Origin: Octopus bimaculoides
Taxonomy: Eukaryota
Assembly: GCF_001194135.2 (NCBI RefSeq)
Contig: NC_069003.1
Span: 28,143,614 to 28,207,613 of the forward strand
DNA length: 64,000 bases
Direction: 5' to 3'
Shown: positions 1 to 15,845 of the stretch, in pieces
How positions within the stretch are numbered: the first letter of the stretch is position 1
Layout of the letters: each line of letters begins with the position of its first letter
Program-made: the position numbers and the translations under genes
The notes under the pieces: generated by a model
Databases searched by the model: none
Told to the model about the DNA's origin: nothing
The model's input: the letters and a program-made list of their open reading frames with translations, nothing else

Positions 1-654
1 AAAGGAATGAAATATATAAGACAATGAAGTAAACAATTTCAGTAATATCTAAAAAGGATGATTAATGGAGAATATATGTTGAGTTATATTTTCAATAGTT
101 AAATAATGTATACTGTACATACTGTCTCTTTAAAATAGATTGGTTATTAATAAACATGTAATATAAAATAATTCTCTGGAATTAAAAAAAACTAAAATAT
201 TTTTGAGTTCTAGTAAATCCTTAGAAAGCCTATAATGTCACTAGTGGTTTCATTTTTGAATTAAAGACTTTCTTCTCTGGTATTTTTCTTCATGCATAAA
301 GTAAATCTTGATAAACATCAAGGAAATTGATAGAAGATAACCTTCAATGTGAATAAATTCAAATATAAAGTTCTTGTTTTACACTATCCAGTTAATCAAA
401 AATTATTTTTGAATGTTCTCAGAATACAGGGCCATGCCATGTCATACGATAAAAAGGTTAAACAATATCATAAATTTTACTTTACTTTTCATAACTAAAA
501 AGAATCCAGATTTTACTTCAAGAAATACTTAGTACTGCTGCATTGTTATTAAATAATGATTGAGGCAAAGTGAAAAGATAGTTCTTGATTAGGATATTAT
601 CTGGTAGAATGTTTTAATTACATCTTAAAATGAGTATTTATGTGGACAACTTAC

Positions 655-696
655 CAGTTGTTGGAACAGGAGTTGTTGGAGGTGTAGTTGGAATTT
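655..696 (-). CDS. 42-nt linker exon (E)IPTTPPTTPVPTT
   Basis: ttacag|AAATT...ACAACTG|gtaagt; phase 1-1; open frame. Confidence 0.85.
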
Positions 697-3600
697 CTGT
701 AACCAAGATTACCATTTTACCAATCAGTTGATCACACATTGATGCATGTAATTACTTATTATACAAGGATATATTAAAATTAAGAAAAGTTTCTTTGTTA
801 AACTAAAGCTGATGAAGTCAGGCCAGTTTTAAAATTTATATTTGATTTGAAATGTATGTGACAGCATTATCTTTGACAAATATTTTCTAATCTGTTACAA
901 CTTAAGTTATATTATCATTCATTAAAACACTATCTTCAGCATTACATTTGTAAGATGTTGAAATATCTTCCTGGAAATACTATTTTCATAAATCTATATG
1001 CATGCTTTCAACTAATTAAATATTTTATGCTTTACAACAAAACTAGACTATTAAGAGAAATTAAGTTTTTAATATTTTTGAGTAAGATATTTTTTTATAC
1101 TTTGTATCGTTTGTTATTCAAATTAAACGATGGAGAATTATTTGTACATTTTAATATGCTACATTAGTCTGCAACTGAGAAGATTTTTTTGTAATACAGT
1201 ATAAAAGGAAAGCAAAATCATTGATTATAATAAACTAAATCTAGTTCAAATACACTCATATAACAAAAGTAAATCATTGATGATATACATGATTTACTCA
1301 GGTTGGGTTTTCGCTACAGGTTGAAACGATGTCACTCTCCTTATTCTACTATTGCCCACATGACCTCACAATTTTTTCTCCACATATTTTATATTTTTCA
1401 TTACATAGCAGCTCAATGTTTTTTAACTGTTGACTACTTCAGTCAAAAACAACCAAAAATAACTGGAAGATGTCTAATCTCACGATGAAATATTTTCTGA
1501 TATCAAATAGTACTAAAATTTTAGTTTATCTGTTTCTCATCCTTCTCTTGAGATCAGGAAGATGGAATTGATTAGTATATTAGAAGAACCATATCTCAAA
1601 CATTCTTTTATAATTCTGTGGTCTAAAAACATTTCTACTATATACACAATTAGCAAAAGTAAAGCAAATATATACTAATACATATTATTATACTAAAACT
1701 GCTATTAGTACATTTAATTTCGCTACAATAATACTATACAGTAAATTGGTGAATACGGTGCATTTCGTAATAATAAAGCTGTGCTGGATTGATGCTTTAC
1801 AATTTACATTATTACTGTCAGACATATAATTCATACTGCTAACACTGGCAGAAATTATAGAAGGGATTTATAGATGTAGGACTTAGAATTAAATATTGTC
1901 ATCAATAAATTTTGAAAATAAACAGATTTAACATAAAATCATAACAAGCATATATTGAAGTTATAGACTAATATTAAGGGAGTTCTTTGGTAACTAACAA
2001 ATTGTTTATTGCTGCTGTTTAGTTGTAGTTCAACCCTGATGGAGTAGACTTATCCAACCATAACTATTTTATTTTTATAGGGAGCACCTACAATTGAATT
2101 ATCAATGTCAGTTTCTTTTCTTTAAGATGATAGACTGTAATTTGTGGGAGATTTGGCTGCTAGTTCACAGTTAGATGTTAAAATAAGTGACAAACATTAA
2201 CATTTTTAATGGATTTTGTACAAGATGTGAAAAAAATTGAATACTTTCAGATAAATGCTACTTTTGTTTAAAACAAATGATTTCTCTCATCATATAAAAC
2301 AGAATATATGAAGTGCAATCCTGCAAGGCAGTGAATTAGGAGTGGTAATAATTGAGCAAGTTGAGATTAAGCTGTTGGGTTTGCATCAGTAATCTATGAG
2401 AAAAGCTCAATAAAGGAGATTTGGACATAAAACATTATGGAACTGATACAGCAATATATAATGCACATCAGTGAGATTTACACAACAAAAAAGTGCATAA
2501 ACTGCTAGAAGATAATTGTAGTCGACAGAGCAATGGAAAAGTTCATATGTAGTAATTAGGTCAAATCACTGAATCATGTAGATGATGAAAGATTAATAGT
2601 GATACTGCTTGAGATGACACTGTATTCTTTCAAATTCATACAAAGATAACTTGATGTTACAATAATATTGACAATTCTGATGGTAATGTTGAATATAACC
2701 AATATTGAATAGCTATATTACAGCAATATAATCATAACAGTAGTATAAGGGATTATGAAACATATGTAATGATGATTGTGAGTATTAAGTAAATAATATT
2801 GTAATAGCAAGCCTCATTATAATAATAGTATAGCTTTATATTTACAATACTAATGAGAATTGAAAGAATTGATGGGTTTATTATCGTACAGTTCTATATC
2901 TGTCAAATGTAAATAATGTAAATAATACATACATACATTTATCATATTTTATAGAGCAATGAGGAAAACATTTGGCATTTAAACATAAATAAAAATGATA
3001 TAGTAGTTTAGTTGTGATTCTCTAAATAGATTTCTAACTAAAGTGCTCTACTAAAAGCTTATATACTAAATCAGAAGCAAGCCAAATAGCAAAGAGAAAT
3101 ATATTTCTTCTTACCTGGATATATCTTTTCAAACAGGTCATTTTTAAGAAAATCTAATTCATTAAAATCTTGTAAAATGAAAGTATTTTCCTGAGAGGGT
3201 TTTGATGAAAGTCCTTCAAGTTCTTTTGTGTCATATAAGCCAATACCAATAGCATAAACATGGATGTTAGCATCATGGGCCAATTCTGCCTGGGGAATTG
3301 TCTGATAGTGTTCAATATTAGAAACACCATCTGTGATGAGGAATGCAATGTTTCGAGCTTCAGGTCTATCTCCATTCTCAGGTGTAAACATTCTTGTTCG
3401 CATTGTACGAAATGCATGAGCTATATTTGTACTGCCATAACGGTAAGGAATATTATCAATTGCATTGAATATTTCTTCTTTAGTAGTATAAGCATTGAGG
3501 TTGAATTGAATAAAAACATTTGTGCTGTATGTTGCTATTCCAACATGGACGACGTCATTTTCAATATCAGCATCAGCCAAAAAATGCTTGATAAAACCAA

Positions 3601-4561
3601 GAACTTTCTTGAAGTTTTGTCTACTCACACTTGTAGATGAATCCACCATGAAAACTATGTCAGAAGGAACTGCTATATATTCAGCTGTTAAAAAGTACAA
3701 AGTTACAAGAATATTGTCAATATGATATGTGGAGTTCAGTGAATACAGAGAGCTATTTAAAAAAAGATTAAATATCATAAATCAAGTGATTACTGTATTG
3801 AAAGTGAACTTCACAACATAAAATTATATTATTTTTATTAATTTAGAGTGTATGTAGATATACTGTATATATTCTGTAGCAAAAGCTATGTTAAAATTAA
3901 TGAGAAAAGGCTTAGTCTTAATATTTTTCTGTTTCTTATATGAGTATTGTTTCATTTGAAATTGAAATTATGAAGTCTAAATCTTCTGTGAGTCCTACAT
4001 AAATAGGAAGAGCTTCAATGAACTGCCGGTAATGGAAGTCATTAGTGAAACACCAATAAACTGATGAGTTATATGAAAATATATGCTAAGAATAATTCAG
4101 AACCAAGTAAGAATCATTTAACAATCAGGAGTGATTCAAAGTTATCAGCGAAAATAGGAAATAATTCAGAGTAAAAGTTGAAGTGTTAGTGAGAAAATTA
4201 CTCACCAGTTGTTGTAGGTATTGTTGTGGTAACTGTGAAAAAAGTGTATTGTGTAAATATTTAACCTGAGACTTATGTAGTATATATGTTAGCAACACTT
4301 TGAAATTGATTAATTATAATAAAAATACATTTCTTAATTTTGTGTAAAATATTATGGTATTTATATACTAATTAAATTAAAAGAAAAATATGCATCATTT
4401 TAATTATTTTGTGATTTGATATTAATGACTGAACATATAATGACTGAAAATATAGAGTAGGTTTTACTTAATAAACTAAATTTAGTTTAAAATATTCAGT
4501 TACTTTATGTTTGCTTCATTGGTGTATAAGTTCAGAATTGCAATTATAAAGAAATATTTAT

Positions 4562-4603
<42 letters not shown>

Positions 4604-7600
4604 TACATATATATTGTAAAACAGTAAATATTGACTTGCAGTACTATACTCTTAAGGACATTACAACATACACAAAAAAGATGTTCTAAGAATAATATCC
4701 TTTATCCCAACCACACCAACACTAAATAATATTGTAATTAATTTTATGAATTATACTATAGTCATTATTTATTATTTGTAGTAATGTATACATTAAGAAT
4801 TCAATCATAATTACTTAGTTTCTATAAAAGGAAATAAACTCATGTAAATATATTATGTGTAAGTATCAATACATTCAAAAGCTAGAAGAATCATAAACAC
4901 ATTATCATAATATAAATTTACTAAACATATTCTCAAATAAACTCCATTATGTACTATTTACACAAAAATTATTTCAGAAAAATATTCTTAACTCTCATCA
5001 TGCTGATGCTAAATATTAAATTCTACTATAATCATTATTTTTTGTTATTTGTACTAATGAGCATATAAAATAATTTAAAATAACTTAATAAAAAGTTATG
5101 CATTTTTCAGAGGAAAATAAACTTTTGCAAATTTATGTATTTACATTATATTTTTTGTATTCATACATTCGAAAAATACAGAAGAACCATAAATAATATA
5201 TCATATAAATAAAATTTATTAAATATATTACTTTAAAAAACCATTATTCACTAGTTATAAGCTAATGGCAAATCTGTTTATATAAGTACGAAAAACTTTT
5301 CTTTAAAAACATATTTAAAGTGTAAGTTAGATGCATTTAAAATAATATTAAAATTATATAATATAAATTTACATTTAATACCATTAAATTATATATTATG
5401 TTATATATAATATAATATTATACATATGTATGTATGTATGTCAGGGTATAATGCAAAACAGATATATGTATGGTGTGACACACTTACCAGTTGTTGTGGG
5501 AGTTGTGGTTGCAACTGAAATGGACGAATCCAATAAGAAAGGCAATTTTAACTTTATATATGTATGTGTTATAATTATTTTACATTTGGTGATGCAATGC
5601 ATGTGGCAATTGACTAAACTTAACCAACTAGATATATAATGGTAGCTAATAGTATTTCTTTTATACTCAAGCTAGCATATGCTTAAATTTTTCTTCTTTT
5701 TCCATGTCTCACATGCATATATAAACATATTTATATGAATTGAGTAAATTCATTGAGTAAACTGCTCACTATATTTTACAATTTTCTATATTTCTGAATT
5801 CATAGAATGTGATATTACAAGAATATTGTTGCTCTAACTGTCACTTTATGAAACAACATTAATCAGTGTTTCAGTTACCTTAGATATTGTGTTGAGACCT
5901 CTAGTGAAATCTTCCTTATGTTATTCTTACTGAGAAAGTTTGATTTTTCCTGACATGCAACCAATGAAAAAAATGAAACAAAATGTCATTCTAATTGACC
6001 CACACCTTATAATCCCTTCTTCCATCAAAGATCACAACAAATCATCACACACTATAGATCTCTTTGGTCTATTTCTCAAATATACTAAAGCATCTTTATT
6101 TCTTCAACTTTACAAGATGACTAAATCTATATTCTAACACAGATCACATTCAAAGATACTAATTTTTATAAAATCATGCCTATATTACTGTTTGTTTCAT
6201 TCTGACATAATATTGGTTATTAACAATTCATGCTTGGTAGCCAACTACTTTGTCATTAAGAATTTCCATTAAATTGACCAACTTACATATAATATTTAGT
6301 AAATCAACTTGCAAAATCTCTCATTTCTCAAACAAAGACATTTTAATCCCTATTTGTTTAGACTGGTGAAGGAAAATTCACATTAAGACTGCAGAAATTC
6401 ACTTTCAATTTTGAGCAAATTTTCTTTGATATAACATGTTGTTTAATATATATCACTTTGGTATTTTAGCAGAAAAAGAATGCTACCTTTCTAAACATTA
6501 TTTGGATATTTCTTATGCAGTATTTTTCAATATTTAAAATATATTTATTAGATTTGAATATTTAAAATATAGTATATAATTTTTAGACTATGGAATATTT
6601 CAGTATTTAAAATTTATTAATTTAGCAATGATTGTAAAATACCTTTTTCATAACTTTTAATAAAAGACAGGAAATAAAGAGCAAAAAAACTTACCAGTTG
6701 TTGTAGGTGTTGTAGTTGGTACTGTAAAGAAAATGATAAGAAAAAATTAGTTTCAGAAGTTTATGATTGCCAATAATTGCTTCAGTAATTATTTTACAGT
6801 GAAAAAAGGCAAAATTAATCATAATTTGAATGGATACATTATTATTACAGAAGAATGTCTCTTTGGAATTGCTTATGCAACATTCTTGATAATATAATCT
6901 ATTAATTTCCTACCAAGCTGTCTTTTTGATGTCTAACTTCACTATGAAGTGAGGCTAGAAGTTTTTTTTTGAATATGTATGTATGGGGAAGAATTATAAG
7001 TGACAGGTGCTAATAAAATAAATTGTCAGTGAGACAAACGTTTACTGAGAGTTTATGAAGTTTCAATCAATAGATAAACTCATGGAGGGTGTCAGTGATA
7101 CCCACCTAGCAAATTAATGATGTGGTATTTGTACTAGGAGAACTTAAATCATTGTCTTACATAATTTTGTACAAAATCAGTTCCATTTGTATAGTAGTCA
7201 AATTCACAGTAATATTTTGAGATATAAAATTATTAACTTTGATTAACTAAATGATTAATATTAGTGCAGTATATTAAACAGAAAGTAATTACCAGGATAT
7301 AATATATGTTTTATAATGGCTTTCTAAAAGTGTCCAAAAACATGACTGCTGTGGTGCAAATTGTAAAGTTAGTTTGAAACTAGACAAAACTTACCAGTAG
7401 GCTCAGTTGGAGGTTCAGTTGTAGCTATTGCAAAATAAAAGTATTATTTCCATTATGAAGTGATGAAAACTTTTGTAATTGTTATAATTTATACAAATTA
7501 ATTTAGAAATCCATTAAATGTACTGTTATTTTCTATTTGCTATATATTGAGATTCTATATTCACTGACATTCAATCAGACCATAAATGGAAATTTATGAT

Positions 7601-10600
7601 TGAATGAATATATTCTTACACTAAAGTATAGAAAGTCATACACAAACATTTCACAATTAAGTTTATGATAAACTTTATAAGCACAAAATATAACAAGTTT
7701 ATTGCTGTTACAGAAATTCTAAAGTAAAAACTCTTTGCATACATAACTACTTTTTGCAGTCAAATTACATTAATTTTAAAATCCAATAAAAGTAATGAAA
7801 ATTTGCATAAATAGATTAAATTCATTTCTGAATATGAATTGCCATTTTAAACAAAATTGAAAGGTGCAAATATAGGAGAGAATTTTTGTGTCATATAATA
7901 AATATGTTTTAACTCTTACTATTGTGTTTTTTTTTGTTGTTGTTGGTTTGGTCTGAGAGAAGTGGTTGAGCCCATGACCACTAGAGGATGTCCGAGACCA
8001 ATGAGATAAGCATAAATAAAGTTTCTTTCAAACAGCTACATGGAGAACAATGAGCATGTTTTGGGAAGGTAGGATTAAGAGAAGTGGTTATTGTGAGCCT
8101 GAGACAATGGCAGACCTAGGTTTAAAAAATAAATATTGGTGATCTTTAAAGAGAGATTGAAGATATTGGAAAAGGTAGCTGTTAATGACTGACTCTCACA
8201 TTTTTTAGATGTAGGATGTAAGAATGATATGATGGTAGAAGAGTTGCCTACATGGGAAGAAGACACGCATAGTGCATGTTTACAAATAATTGGATGGATC
8301 TCTGGAATGTCAGTAATAATGAAGAACTTGATGAGCATAGATGCTAGTTCTACAGTACATTCTTTGAGGATAATGGAAGGACATTAACAAAAGTCAGTGA
8401 TCATGTTAATTTGATATGACCAAAGCTGTTTTTATATTTTAAGTGTGTGTGCACTTGCTGATGAGATTTGTGGTGTGGAGAGGAAATATCTTCGATGAAA
8501 TTTACTTAATATGTGCAGTGTGGGCTGGGGTAGATCAATAAATGAGGAGGATTTCTGTGGGGGTATATTGCAAACTGTCATAGTTGAGAAGTGAAGAGAA
8601 GAAGAACTCCATAAAAGTTTGTAGAGATAAATCTGGCAGGAGACCAAAATGATTTGCAGCGCTGCAGGAAGTGGAAGTGTTTCCAGGTTCTCTGATGCAT
8701 GGAGGTACGCATCATGTTTCAGATGTAGACGTATCAAAGGGTAAAAGCTATTCAGTTTGTAAGTGTGGGCAATTTTCTTGAAGCATTGTAGGCCACAATC
8801 TTTGCTCACACAACTACAGTATAGCTATTAGTGGATGACTCAGTATATTAGGAGTAATGAATTTTGGTTTTGTATAGGATGGGAAAAGACATAATTAAGA
8901 TTTCAATAACCTGTTTAATCTTCTTTTATCATTAACTTGAGATTCACATTGCCAATTATTCAAATAACTGAATATTTGGTAATGTGATTCAAAATATTAA
9001 CATCAATTTGGGTGTGTGTTTGTGTGCATGCATGCGTGTGTGTGTGTGCATGCATGCGCATATGTGTGTGTGTTTTCTCTGCAATTCTTTGCTGTATAAT
9101 GTTTATTCTCTCATATATTTACATTTACCACAATTTTTTACTTTGTTTGAAAAGCAACTACAAACAATTTTTATATAATTTGGGATGTATTTGAAATTTC
9201 ACAATCATTTTCGTTTTGCAAAATAAAACTATGACAACGCTAGCAGTAACTAAAACCGGCAAAATTCAATATTCTTGGACAAGATTTTGTAAGTGTTGTA
9301 TAAAATTAACAGTAAATAATTTACATAACACAATGTGGAAGAATACAGTACATTTGGAAAGTAGTTTATACATTTGATGAGCATTATCATTTTAATTGCA
9401 TGCAATGTGGAAAGGTAGAAAATAACATTGAATTTATCTCTATGGTTCAAGCTTGGAATTGTGTCAAGCTGACAGTGAGATTAAGAAGTGATCTACTAAT
9501 GTGAAAATTAATGTGATCATGATAATTTAAGCAGGAAAGTTATCAAAAAAACTTTCTATCTATGACTTGCAAAATTAACAGAAATCTCAAGAATAAATGT
9601 GCATTAAATATTAATCAGCAATGAAATGTGTATAACTCAGAAACAAAGACAATACCTGTAAATATCTTTTATGATAACAGCAATTATTATATCATTTCGT
9701 TGCTGTCATAGTAGAGACACCAGAAGTTACATGATCATTTAATTTGTTGCGGTGGAGGCGCAATGGCCCAGTGGTTAGGGCAGCGGACTCGCGGTCATAG
9801 GATCGTGGTTTCGATTCCCAGACTGGGCGTTGTGAGTGTTTATTGAGTGAAAACACTTAAAGTTCCACGAGGCTCCGGCAGGGGATGGTGGCGAACCCTG
9901 CTGTACTCTTCCACCACAACTTTCTCTCACTCTTTCTTCCTGTTTCTGTTGTGCCTGTAATTCCAAAGGGCCAGCCTTGTCACACTGTGTCACGCTGAAT
10001 ATCCCCGAGAACTACGTTAAGGGTACACGTGTCAGTGGAGTGCTCAGCCACTTGCACGTTAATTTCACAAGCAGGCTGTTCCGTTGATTGGATCAACTGG
10101 AACCCTCGACGTTGCAAGCGACGGAGTGCCAACAACAACAATTTGTCGCAACTACTTTCAAACAAAAGTGCAATGTATGGAGTACATTATCTTATATCTT
10201 TTGTTGTTAACAATTTTGTGAAACTGGTCATCTCATTAGAATTTTCAAGTAAAAGATTCATTATTAAATGTTATGTGATCGTTAAATTACTGAATTATTT
10301 CCAAATTGGCTGAGATTTTAATTTTTCTATGATTTCCTTGAATGATATATCCATTTTTTAAGCAAAATATAAGAAAAAGAAAATTATCTTACCATGAGTT
10401 TTGCCCTGATTTGACATTGTAGAAAATTTTTCCAACATGATTCAAATATGAAGGTATACCAAGCTGTCTTAGAAAAAATATTTTTCTACCAATGTAAATC
10501 AATTCTTAAATTTCTAGTAAAGGTTAATGTAGTTTTAAAATTATGGCACCTCATGCAACGCTATAAAAACATTAAATAAAGGGTTTGGATGATCTAGAAT

Positions 10601-13600
10601 GTTGAGCAATAATTTATATTTAGTGCTACTTTGAAATTGACAGCAAATGAAGAATAAAATGCATTTACGATGATACGAACAATTCTAAGTGAAAAGTTTG
10701 GCCATGTACTTAGAATTAGAATGGCAAAAATTTTTGGATTTGAATGAGTAGTTATGATATTTTTGCATGATATTTTTGATTCTTGGCAAAAGTTTATGAT
10801 ATGTCGGGGAAAATTTTTTAAATATGTATAATTAAGACCTTTGGAAACTATATCAACAAATGGAGCAGCTTAGCCACTAGTACATATAGTTGTAAAGAGG
10901 TGAGAGAGATTAAAGCTACTATTACATGCCTGGGTGTTGAGAAAACAGTATAGGTGGACTAAGACTTTTAATTGCCATAAAGTTTCTTTGCAATAATATA
11001 AGTGAGTGAACGAATGGGTGAGTGATGAGACAATGATAAATAACATTCTTCATAATAAGTGATTCAGTGTGACTAAATGATACTAATAGCATTTGGTGTT
11101 AAAATTATGCATATGAGCAACAATTATGCAATGTTATATACCAATACAATGGAATGTTATGATCAGTTTATACTACATGAAAAGAAGTTTGAAATATTTG
11201 CAATAAATTACTGTGAAACTATTGTGTGCTTAAACTATTTGTGATTTTTAATTGTCATAATTTTACCATTAGAGTGCAGTGTTTCCCTAAGCATCCACAT
11301 AAAACTAACTTTTCTACGTGTTCCTATTTTAAACGTTCTTACCTGGAGCTATTTTCTCAAGAATTTTATCCTTAAGAAATTCTATCTCATCAAGACTTTC
11401 CACAGTGAAAGCATTTTCTTTGGCAGGAGAGGAACAAATTTGAATCAACTCTCTTGTGTCATATAATTTAAAGCCGATGGCATAAACATGAATGTTAGCT
11501 GCATGAGTCAATCTAGCTTGAGGAACTGTCTGATAGTGTTCAATATTAGAAATACCATCTGTAATGACGATCGCAATATTTCGTGCATCAGGTCTATCTC
11601 CATTCTCAGGTGTAAACATTTTATTACGCAAAGTGCGAAACATATGAGCAGCATTTGTGCTGCCATATCTATAACGGATATTATCAATTGCATCCAGCAT
11701 TTCACTCTTGGAAAGGAAGTCATTGAGATAAAATTGAATATACACTCTTGTACTGTATAATGCCAAACCAATACGAACACTGCCATAATCAATGTCAGCT
11801 TCTGATACAAAACTTTTTATGTAGTCAATAAATTTTTGGAAATTCCTTTGTCCGACACTTGTTGAAGAATCAACCAGGAAAATTAAGTCAGTAGGTATAG
11901 TCTTCTGAACACCTATTAAAAAGTTTAAAGAAACAGCTACATTTCTATTACATGTACATACAAGTCTTTAAATTATTTTAAAACTATTCAAGATTTCTAT
12001 ATAGAATGCTAATTCAGAGAACAGGTGTTTAATAAAGATGAAAACAGAACTAATAATAATGGTCTTTTACATTAGACCCAAAGCTTTGATGGAACATACA
12101 TTCATAATGAAGATGGGTGAAACTTTTAGCCATTTAACCCAGTTTGTTACAATCCATATCTAATATCCATATCTATTCAGTAACTTTAAGAGAACTGTTT
12201 GTGATATAAAAATGTTCTGTCAATTAGTGGAACTAAATAAAATCTACTTCAGTCTTTCAATTTGACAATATTCATTCAAAATGTACAAACCGCTTTAGCT
12301 TGCTTGCCTTAATGATAATTTCTTTTAAGACAAAATGTCAATGTTTGAATGTTATGAGCATAACAGATTCATTATAGTAGAAATATTTAACTGCTGAATA
12401 ATGAAGGACAAATTTGTCTTTGGAGAGATTTGAATTCTGAGACAAGAGAGAAGTACTACAAAGAATTTTGTCTGATACTCTAACAATTCTGTCACATAAC
12501 GACGATTATGATGATGATAATTTCTGACTTATGCACAAAGCCAACAATTTTGAGGGGAGGAATTAGTCGATACCAGTGACATCAGTACTAGACTGGACTG
12601 GTGCTTTATTAATACTGCAGGGATGGAAAGCAGAGTTGACCTTGGCAGGAATTGGACATAGGAAGTAAAGGAGTCAGAAGAAATACTGATAAGCATGTTG
12701 CCTGATGCTTTAAAAAATTTGCCAATCCATTATATAAATGATGAAATGTTTTCAAATGCTCAAAGGAAAGTAAAATTCTATACTAAAAGTTGGAGTTTAA
12801 ATAGACTGAGGTAATTCAGAAGAGTTTTATATTGTTATAACAAAGTTAACTGATTTGTAGGTAGCTGGTTCTAAGTTTAAACATATTGAAATATTATTTT
12901 GTAAAACAGAAATATACATCTTACCTTGAGGAGGAGCTTCAGGAATAATCACTGTCAAAATAAAGAAGGTAATATTGTTCCCATTCCATATTAGTTATAC
13001 ATGAAAATAACATGAAAAATGCAGATATTAAGATATAAAGGTAATGGTGTAATGTTCATATACTTAGAAATTTCTCAAGAAATTAAATAATTTATTTTCT
13101 GAATTATGCAATGCACCACAAGCAGTATATTACTATATACATGGGCATTCATTTATAAATAAATGCATTAATCTTTATTTTTATACAAGGTTACCTTTTT
13201 TGAATTCTAGAATCAAAGATAGATTTTTTTCTGTGCTCAATTTCGAACAGTATTGCTTTAAAAACTAGATTTTTCTTTTTCTTTGGATGTGTCATACTAT
13301 TTTCTCTGTATAACGACCACATTTTTATAGCTTCATATTTAAATTACATGTCTAGTAGACAAATAGAGCTATGCTATCAATATCTACTACAAAGTAAAAA
13401 CATCTAAAGAAAAGTTGATATATATTTGCTTACTTCCATAAACTGTGATGTTAGTTGTAAGGTATTCTGAAGAGTTTCTAAGTATTTTTTTGAAAATGCC
13501 ATGAATACTTTCATGTTATCTATTTTATTTTTGAATTCTTTTGAAATTCATAATAAATGCGAAACAAAGAAAATTAAAGAATGAAAAAATAACAGAGTAT

Positions 13601-15797
13601 TCTCAATTCTCTTTTAAAATAACTATAATGTAAATACAGAGGCATATATCAACTTTCTATCCAGTTTTTGAGCTAGAAGTATATACAGAGCTTTCAAATA
13701 GTAGCACTTGCATCTGCAAGTTGTTTGCAAAAAAATATTCTGTTAAATAAATACTGTATCGTAGACAGAAGAGTGATTTTATCAAAGTACTATATCTGAA
13801 TAAATAACCTAATAAAAATAAATAGTAGATGCTAAGAAATGCAATTCAATGCAATACTGTAATTACATAATTTTCTAACATTTTTGTAAAACATCTAAAA
13901 TAGTATTGCAACAAAAGTTAATAAGGAGTTCTCTTATTATTATTATTATTATTTGGTGGATAGTATACATATTTAGGAAACAATTTTAAAATAGTCTAAT
14001 AAGTGTAACTTATAGCATGACAAACTTACCTGGACAAAGGTTTTTTAGTAATGTAGATTTAATATCCAAGAGTTGACCAAACTTTGGTACAGTAATTCTG
14101 TTCTTGAGAATTGGATGAGTAGCAATTAGATCCAATTCACGAGTGTCAGTCAGACCAATTCCAATTGCATACATTTTTATTTCCTTATTTTTGGCATTCC
14201 TGACAGCATTTGGTAATCTGTAGGAATTCAGGTTTGATAGACCATCAGTGATGATAACAGCAATATTAGCAACATTTTCTCTATCCCCATTTCGGCCATG
14301 AAACATATCTTCATGCATAATACGTATAGCTTCTGCCAGGTTAGCACTACCATGCCTAAAAGGGATGCTGTCAATGGCGGCTAACAATTCTTCTTTGTTG
14401 TTGTAATCATTTAAACGAAAATGAATTCGGACATCATTGCTAAAAGAGAGGATACCAACTTGTACCCCTTCATTGTTAATAGGAACATCAGACAGAAGGG
14501 ATTTCACAAATGAAAGTAAAATTCTGAAATTTGCTCTTCCAACACTGGTTGACGAATCCAAAACAAAGACAAGGTCAAGTTGGGCATCGCTACAGTCTCC
14601 TACAGAGATGTTTAATAAAGGCACACAATATAATAATACATTCATATAGACAATATTTACAAAAAAAAACAACACATGTAAATACAAATAAAACTAATAA
14701 AAATATATCAGAAAGTTTCTATTTCTACATGAAGTCTTTGTAATAATTTGTTTCTTTGTTGATGACTTTAGACAACATTACTAAAATCACTAATAAATAT
14801 CTTGCTTATACACACTCGCACATATGTGATTTTGATTTAGTTTGATTTAGGCATCCTTTTGTGCTCTTTAGAAAAATACAGTACTCTAATGTATAAAGAT
14901 ATTAAAGACACAACCCCAGTATACAATATGGCAGCTGGTCTTAGGAAGAACAGCAATGACATAGTTACTGTAAGGACACTTAGTTACTGTAAGGATGCTT
15001 AGTTACTTCAAAATGTGTACATTGATGAAAAGGAGTATTACACCTACCAACATGAATAAATTGATTTTCCCAAGAAAAAAAGAACTTGTGGTAAGAAATG
15101 ATAGTTTAATGGACTGAGTGTAATACTTTGCTATGTTTAAGTTGATTACTGAGATAATGTATATAAGGGAAGGAAAGGTGACGGAACTGAAACACATAAA
15201 TTCTGAACTTCTGAATTAAAAACTGAAAAACAGATTCTAGTTCCACCCTTTCTTAGCCAATTCAGAATTATACACATAAAAACATATATACACACTATCT
15301 TACACACATTATGAAACTTGAGGATATTTATAAATATATACACAATCAGTCAGACTTCCAAAGAAAAATTTACTTTTGCACTGTGAAAATTCCCCTATGC
15401 CATTATTATTAACAACATTACTGTTATCTATATCAATTATTATAACAATTATTAAGAATAATAACAATAACAACAACAATAATAATAATGAGGTTGCTGT
15501 TGCTGTTGTTATAACTGTGGTATTCACTTTCCTGCATGACTTACCAAACTTTTGAAAAGCATATTTTGGGGCTGTATGTGTTGGTTCTGAAGAAAAAGAT
15601 ATTTTCATATTATTTTTTATTTAAATATAGCTTATTTAAATACAAGCCTGAAACAAAATTATATTGCTAACAATTCTCAAAAAATAATCATGAATAAATT
15701 CATTTTTGAAATACTGATTTAATATCATCTGTACAATATGAATAATCCACCCACCAACAAATAATTGCATGTGTCTGTGTTTGTGTATACATATATA

Positions 15798-15845
<48 letters not shown>

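Noticed and set aside
9754-9830. tRNA-like sequence
   Set aside because: It continues into a repeated body and (AAC)n tail, so it is a SINE head, not a tRNA gene
10393-10405. cag|13 nt|gtaag candidate exon (a similar case lies near 13195-13207)
   Set aside because: 13 nt breaks the frame, and the composition is unlike the linker exons
14960-15008. 19-bp tandem repeat (and a 9-bp x3 repeat at 19096-19121)
   Set aside because: Only 2-3 copies with no unique spacers; ordinary slippage, not CRISPR-like
15309-15544. ORF extension with poly-Leu/Ile/Thr
   Set aside because: Lies past a GTAAGT donor and derives from an AAT/AAC simple repeat
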